A stretch of DNA of 64,000 bases from Bacteroidota bacterium. Its GTDB lineage: Bacteria; Bacteroidota; Bacteroidia; UBA7662; CANHCV01. The DNA lies in the NCBI GenBank assembly GCA_947501265.1, contig CANMVY010000006.1, positions 5 to 64,004 of the forward strand. The letters are read 5' to 3'. Shown here piece after piece: positions 59,136 through 64,000 of the stretch. How positions within the stretch are numbered: the first letter of the stretch is position 1; every line of letters begins with the position of its first letter. The notes under the pieces are model-generated. The model had not been told where the DNA came from, did not search any database, and saw only the letters and a list, made by a program, of their open reading frames with translations. The position numbers were made by a program, and so were the translations under genes.

Positions 59136-61306
59136 AGTTGGTAAAGTTCGGAACTTTTTGAAAGATTTGTCGAATTATTTTGAATTCGACTTCTTTTTCC
59201 CAGGGCACATTGTTTCAATTTGGCTCTTTTTTGTTCTTCTCCAATGAAATCGATGAATGCAGAAGTCATTTCTTCTACTGAGATTTCTTGCAGAAAAACA
59301 CCTGAATCTTCCAGGAATTCAGAATGAATTGGGGTTAGATTACAAATTACTGGTAGTCCTAAAGCAGCATATTCTCCAATTTTTGTTGGGAAGGACCGAA
59401 GCGGATAATGGGTTATAGGATTGGTTTTTTTAATGAAGGAAATTCCTGCCCATGCTCCGGAGATACTTGTTGCAACTTCAAGCCATTGTCCTTCCAAGTG
59501 AGTAATTTCTGCAGGAATATCAAGATTTGAACGACCAACGAGGATTAATTCTGCATTTGGAAATACTAGTTTTACATTTTTCCAGGCTTCAAAGAGTTCC
59601 AACATTCCTCTATGTTCATTGATGATTCCAACGTAAATGAACTTTGGATGTAAACTATCTTCATCAAAAAGATAAGCAATTTGTTTAAACGGATAAGAAC
59701 TGGGGAAATTAGGAACAATTGTAGGAACAAAATCTTTGTAGCGACCTAATTCAGCATAGTATTTTTCGGTAACCATTAATCTAGCACCACAATTTAATAA
59801 CTTCTTTTCCCAACGGGCGATCCATTTTATATAAGTCGCGTTTGACCCTTTTTTCAAGAAAAACTGTTCCTCAAAATCTTCATGAACGTCCCAAATGACG
59901 TTAAATCCGAGTTTTTTTAAAAAAATTCCCAATGGTAACAATTCAGGATCTGCGAGATGAACTCCTTTTACTCGATGCCCAAAAATCCAAAATAGAAGGT
60001 AAGGGTAAAAAAAGAAAACCCGAGCTATTGGAGAAGAAAGATGGGGCAATCCCCTCCCCTTTCCTAAGTAGTAAACCAAATATTGGGAAGATATCAGTTC
60101 TGGAATTCGCTGAGATAACCGTTGGTCATAAGGTGGATGCACCGTAGAAATCACCGCCCATTTTTGTCGATGGAATTGACTTTGTTTGGGAATCACATCG
60201 ATAACTTCTGAAATGGATTTTTTCGAGTCAAAATAGGCTGAAGCCTTGCTTGTTCCACTTTGAAACTTTTGAAGTTCAGCCTCGGAATGATTGATCTTTA
60301 AAAGCTGTTGAATGGTGTGATCAGGGTTGGTGTGATCGCAAAATATGGCCGCAAATTCATCTGCCCATTCTTTCATCCATCCAATTTGATTGATGATGGG
60401 AATCAGCCCAAATTGCCATGAATCGAAAAGTTTATTGGGAGAATTAGTTTGAAGGACTGGTAATTTTGAAAAAGTTACCCAAGAATACCTAATGTTCTTT
60501 TCTCGAATAAAGGAGAGCAGCTCATTTCTGGGCATGGGTTTAACAAGGTGGATAAAAGGAAACTCCTTAGATAGCTCCTTTACCAAAGATTCTTGTGCCC
60601 CTTCCCCCACCACGAACCATTGGGCGCCTGTGTTCATCTCTTTCAAACGTTCGAGAAATGGGCGCCATAATTCTATGCCGTTGTACCGACCCAAACTTCC
60701 AAAGTAAATGAAGTTTTGTCCATTGGGTTCGATTTCAACCTTTGGAAAAGGTGAGAAATTGGATGCCACGATAACTTTACCAGGAATGGTCCTTTGACAA
60801 ACCGTTTCATAAATCCCTTTCGAGCACGTTACAATCTTTTGAGCATCTCGGTAAATTAACCGCTCCATTCTTCGTAACATCCAAGAAAATGGAAAGGGTA
60901 AAACACCAGCCTGAATGGGAAAATCAGGCCATAAATCCCTCACCTCAAAGAAATACTGAACCTTTCTTTTTATGGCCAATTTTCGCCCCAACCAGCCTAC
61001 CAACAAGGGAGTTGAAGTTGCGTAAATAAAATCGAATTCGAGTTGTTTAGCCGTATTTTTTGCAGAGAAATAAAATTGGAAGTAAGCTCGAATTCTTTTC
61101 AAGACTCCCATTTTGTTGGAATATTGGTTCTCTAGATAAATCACCTTTATCCCGTCGATGATTTCTACTTTTTTGAAATCTCCCTGGGTAATGATAGTGA
61201 CCTGATGTCCTGCTTCAACCATGGCCTTCGCCAAAAAATAAGAGCGTGAAGCCCCGGCTTCTGACGGCGTTTTGAAGTACTGATGGAGATAGAGAATTTT
61301 GGACAT
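59132..61306 (-). CDS. Two-domain glycosyltransferase, GT4-like.
   Basis: About 730 aa with two GT-B-like halves. N-terminus MSKILYLHQYF...GASRSYFLAKAMVEAGHQV. Overlaps the ABC gene by 4 bp. Confidence 0.6.
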   Translation of the reverse strand: MSKILYLHQYFKTPSEAGASRSYFLAKAMVEAGHQVTIITQGDFKKVEIIDGIKVIYLENQYSNKMGVLKRIRAYFQFYFSAKNTAKQLEFDFIYATSTPLLVGWLGRKLAIKRKVQYFFEVRDLWPDFPIQAGVLPFPFSWMLRRMERLIYRDAQKIVTCSKGIYETVCQRTIPGKVIVASNFSPFPKVEIEPNGQNFIYFGSLGRYNGIELWRPFLERLKEMNTGAQWFVVGEGAQESLVKELSKEFPFIHLVKPMPRNELLSFIREKNIRYSWVTFSKLPVLQTNSPNKLFDSWQFGLIPIINQIGWMKEWADEFAAIFCDHTNPDHTIQQLLKINHSEAELQKFQSGTSKASAYFDSKKSISEVIDVIPKQSQFHRQKWAVISTVHPPYDQRLSQRIPELISSQYLVYYLGKGRGLPHLSSPIARVFFFYPYLLFWIFGHRVKGVHLADPELLPLGIFLKKLGFNVIWDVHEDFEEQFFLKKGSNATYIKWIARWEKKLLNCGARLMVTEKYYAELGRYKDFVPTIVPNFPSSYPFKQIAYLFDEDSLHPKFIYVGIINEHRGMLELFEAWKNVKLVFPNAELILVGRSNLDIPAEITHLEGQWLEVATSISGAWAGISFIKKTNPITHYPLRSFPTKIGEYAALGLPVICNLTPIHSEFLEDSGVFLQEISVEEMTSAFIDFIGEEQKRAKLKQCALGKRSRIQNNSTNLSKSSELYQL

Positions 61307-61372
61307 TCTCTCAAAGATACATTCGGAAACAAACAATTAAAAAAGGGCAACCTTTCGGCTGCCCTTTGATGA

Positions 61373-64000
61373 TCAATGTTGAATGATCATTTTGGCTGAT
61401 TTCATTTCGTGATCTCCTTGCCATTTGATCCAATAGATTCCATTGGGCAAAGACTTAGTAGAGATTTTCACTTTTGAACCCTGATTTTCCAATTGAGGAA
61501 TTTGGATTTTTCGTCCTATAGCATCAAAAAGTTGGATATTTCCATCCAAAACCGAATTGCTTACCAACCAAACTTCCTCATTGGCTGGATTTGGATATAC
61601 CATCCACGAATCAGAAATCTGAGAAGTTCCTTGAGCAATGATGAGCAAGGGTTTAACAATGGTATCTACATCGCAGCTATCGGTAACGATGAGTTGAATT
61701 TGGTAATAACCCGATCTAGCATACGTGTGGGAAGTATTTTGACCTATACCTGTATTTCCATCACCAAAGTTCCAGAAATAACGGGCATTGGGGAAGCTGT
61801 TCGCCACTACAAAAGCCGTAAGCCCATTGTACGAAGAAATGAAATTAGAAGTAACTCCTGCACTAACCGTTACTAAAATTGAATCGGTGAATCCACACTG
61901 ACCATTGGAAGCGGTTAACCAATAATTGCCCGTAGCTCGAATTACATTTCGCAGCGTTGGATTTCCGTTACTCCATGAAAATCCTGATGCCGTTATCGCC
62001 GGTTGAAGAACCAGAGAATCGTTTCCACAAATAAAGGTATCGTTACCCAAATTAAATTTCGGTGTAACGTTAACAACATGGTAGGCAGAATCCAATGCCG
62101 AACATCCGGTGAGTGGATTGGTTACCTGCAAATAATACGAACCTGTTAGAGTGACCATCCTGGATAACAAAGCTGGAGCAACCGGATTCCAATTCAGCAA
62201 ATAACCGCTTCGATTGGTTTGGGCAACCATGAGGAAGCTATCGCAAACGGTGGTGTCGTTTCCAACAAAAACAACCACCGTATCCATGGTTACTTGAATG
62301 GTATCGAAATTGAAGCAACCGGTGGATGGATTCGTTCCTTTTACCCAAACATTTCCGGTTGCACTTGCGGTGAAGGTTGAGGAACTTACCGATCCATTCC
62401 AAACGTAATTATTGGTAGATGGCAAATTCGAACCGATGATGATGGGAGAACCGCAAGAAATCGTATCGTTTCCAAGCGAGAAGCTCGGCAATGCATTGAT
62501 TCCAATTTGAACGGTATCGGTAGCCGAGCAACCTGTAAAGGTATTTCGAGTAGTTACCACATAACTTCCACTTTGGGTTACCGTTAATGGGGTATTTGAT
62601 ACACCACCATTCCACAAATAGCCCAAATTGCTCGGATTGGTTTGTGGAATCAACACGGCGCTTCCACAATAGGAAGTATCATTTCCAGCAAAAATTTGAA
62701 CAGTATCGTAAATCACCTGAATGGAATCGGTTTTAAAACATCCCGAAGTAGTATCGGTCAACTGAAGCCAATAGGTACCCGTACTTGGAACCACGAGACT
62801 ATTGGAGGATGATCCCGTATTCCAAAGAGCAGAAAAAGAATTCGGATTTGAAACCTGCAGGGTTAAGGTCCCGCTGCATAAAACGGTGTCGTTTCCTAAA
62901 TTGAATTGGGGAACGGCGTTAATCCGAACAGAAACCGTATCTCTTCCAATACAACCGGTGCTTGTATTGGTCACTCTAACCCAAAACAATCCGGTTGTGG
63001 TGGTAGAAATTTGTGGTCCAGTATTCCCGTTGCTCCATAAAAACTGATTTCCAGAAGCAGAAATATTTGGAGTAATCGTAGTAGAACCGCAATAACTTGA
63101 ATCGGGACCCAATTGAACTACGGGAGTAGCATTCAACGAAACATTCATGGTGTCTTTACTGATGCAGCCCGTTAATTGATGAATAGCCGTAACAATGGTT
63201 GTTCCTGATGTAAACACCGTTTGAGTGTCGGAAACCGAAGTTCCTGTGCTCCAGAGGTATTGGGTATTGGTATTACTTACTTTGTTTCTAAATGTGAATT
63301 GATTGGCGCATAAAGCTGTATCGTTGCCCAATCGTGCTATGGGAGTTGGATAAAAATTAACCTGAATGGTATCGGAAGCTCTACATCCAGAAATGGTGTT
63401 GGTAACCGTTAGGGAATACGTTCCTGTTGTAGAAACAAACACGGCTGGAGAGTTACCAAAGTTAGGTGTCCAAGAATATTGATATTGAGTACCATTCAAG
63501 TTAGGTGACAAAATAATGTTGGAACAAATGTTGGTATCGTTCCCTAAAAATACATCAATGGTATCCAACGTTAGGAGAACAGAATCAGAACCCGAGCACC
63601 CTGTTGAAGGTTGTGTAACTTGAACATAATAAAGTCCAGAATTACGAATAGCCAATTGATTGGATGCACTTCCATTGTTCCATCGATAAATCCAATTGGA
63701 ATCTGGAGATTGTGGTTTCAAAATGAAATTTCTTCCGCAGATAAAAGAATCTGAACCCAAGTTCACTAGAGGATTTGAGTTAATGATGATATTTATTGAA
63801 TCGGTCATTTCACAAAGGGTGGTTGGATTGAAAACCTTCACCCAATAATTACCCGATTGCTGAACTACAATTTGATCCGTTGTATCTCCTGTACTCCAAA
63901 TCTTTTTTAATGCGGGTTGGTTCGCTGAAAGCGTTCCCGAAACACAAAACGCGGTGTCGTTCCCGATTGAAACCGAAGGAATCGGATTCAATTGCGCAAC
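61373..64000 (-). CDS. T9SS cargo protein, partial (N-terminus beyond the window end). At least 10 tandem Cys-containing repeats of about 75-80 aa, one PKD domain, T9SS C-terminal sorting domain.
   Basis: Repeat consensus: (L/F)GNDT..C.....L.....Y.W..G......V..SG.Y.V.VT...GC...D.I.V. PKD motif: YFWNFGDGN...TSHTY. C-terminal domain: VYPNPANEEVWLV...LFDAIGRKI...GIYWIKW. Confidence 0.75.
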   Translation of the reverse strand, partial: VAQLNPIPSVSIGNDTAFCVSGTLSANQPALKKIWSTGDTTDQIVVQQSGNYWVKVFNPTTLCEMTDSINIIINSNPLVNLGSDSFICGRNFILKPQSPDSNWIYRWNNGSASNQLAIRNSGLYYVQVTQPSTGCSGSDSVLLTLDTIDVFLGNDTNICSNIILSPNLNGTQYQYSWTPNFGNSPAVFVSTTGTYSLTVTNTISGCRASDTIQVNFYPTPIARLGNDTALCANQFTFRNKVSNTNTQYLWSTGTSVSDTQTVFTSGTTIVTAIHQLTGCISKDTMNVSLNATPVVQLGPDSSYCGSTTITPNISASGNQFLWSNGNTGPQISTTTTGLFWVRVTNTSTGCIGRDTVSVRINAVPQFNLGNDTVLCSGTLTLQVSNPNSFSALWNTGSSSNSLVVPSTGTYWLQLTDTTSGCFKTDSIQVIYDTVQIFAGNDTSYCGSAVLIPQTNPSNLGYLWNGGVSNTPLTVTQSGSYVVTTRNTFTGCSATDTVQIGINALPSFSLGNDTISCGSPIIIGSNLPSTNNYVWNGSVSSSTFTASATGNVWVKGTNPSTGCFNFDTIQVTMDTVVVFVGNDTTVCDSFLMVAQTNRSGYLLNWNPVAPALLSRMVTLTGSYYLQVTNPLTGCSALDSAYHVVNVTPKFNLGNDTFICGNDSLVLQPAITASGFSWSNGNPTLRNVIRATGNYWLTASNGQCGFTDSILVTVSAGVTSNFISSYNGLTAFVVANSFPNARYFWNFGDGNTGIGQNTSHTYARSGYYQIQLIVTDSCDVDTIVKPLLIIAQGTSQISDSWMVYPNPANEEVWLVSNSVLDGNIQLFDAIGRKIQIPQLENQGSKVKISTKSLPNGIYWIKWQGDHEMKSAKMIIQH
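61900..63990 (-). repeat. Diverged in-frame tandem repeats of about 230-240 bp, at the protein level (LGNDT...C modules).
   Basis: Seen in the translation. DNA identity between units is low to moderate. Confidence 0.5.

Noticed and set aside
1-64000. tRNA, rRNA, CRISPR and mobile-element content.
   Set aside because: Intergenic gaps are all 271 bp or shorter and are occupied by terminators, promoters or the small ORF. No integrase, transposase, recombinase or phage-structural sequence was seen in any frame.

Overview
This 64-kb window is a gene-dense, AT-rich (about 40% GC) chromosomal segment, apparently from a member of the Bacteroidota, possibly Flavobacteriia. The taxonomic call is inferred from several features: at least four substrates with type IX secretion system (T9SS) C-terminal sorting domains, a BshC bacillithiol gene, Bacteroidetes-style promoter elements, and a putative lipobox in a TlpA-like protein. 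The track contains starts that can only be TTG or GTG, so I rechecked starts by hand.

Most of the window is housekeeping:
- translation and RNA modification: alaS, gatB, era, rimO, an RluA-type pseudouridine synthase
- chaperone and chromosome maintenance: clpB, scpB
- central and cofactor metabolism: lpdA, moaA, moeA, bshC
- cell wall: mltG, namZ-like DUF1343

No rRNA, tRNA, CRISPR array, transposase, integrase or prophage remnant is visible. Intergenic space is under 300 bp everywhere.

The accessory content falls into five groups:
1. At the 5' edge, a large T9SS surface adhesin with three near-identical 273-bp tandem repeats, immediately downstream of an overlapping operon: ECF sigma factor (TTG start), an unusual 514-aa anti-sigma-like membrane protein, and two T9SS cargo proteins.
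2. A tightly overlapping MFS(Atg22-type)/LutA-like Fe-S protein/Ldh_2 dehydrogenase trio, preceded by a structured leader with a terminator-like hairpin 12 nt before the start codon.
3. A 7TMR-DISM sensor kinase whose stop overlaps the start of a 1119-aa predicted outer-membrane protein.
4. Two small glycan modules: HxlR-GT4-Wzx, and a two-domain GT / fused ABC exporter / AsnB-like amidotransferase.
5. An unannotated 45-aa very basic ORF with its own promoter motif and a strong bidirectional terminator.

None of these can be assigned a function from sequence alone. I regard the sigma/anti-sigma/T9SS-cargo operon, the attenuator-led hydroxy-acid module and the small basic ORF as the best candidates for undescribed biology. 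I see no recognisable defence-system domains (nucleases, helicase-type ATPases or methyltransferases).
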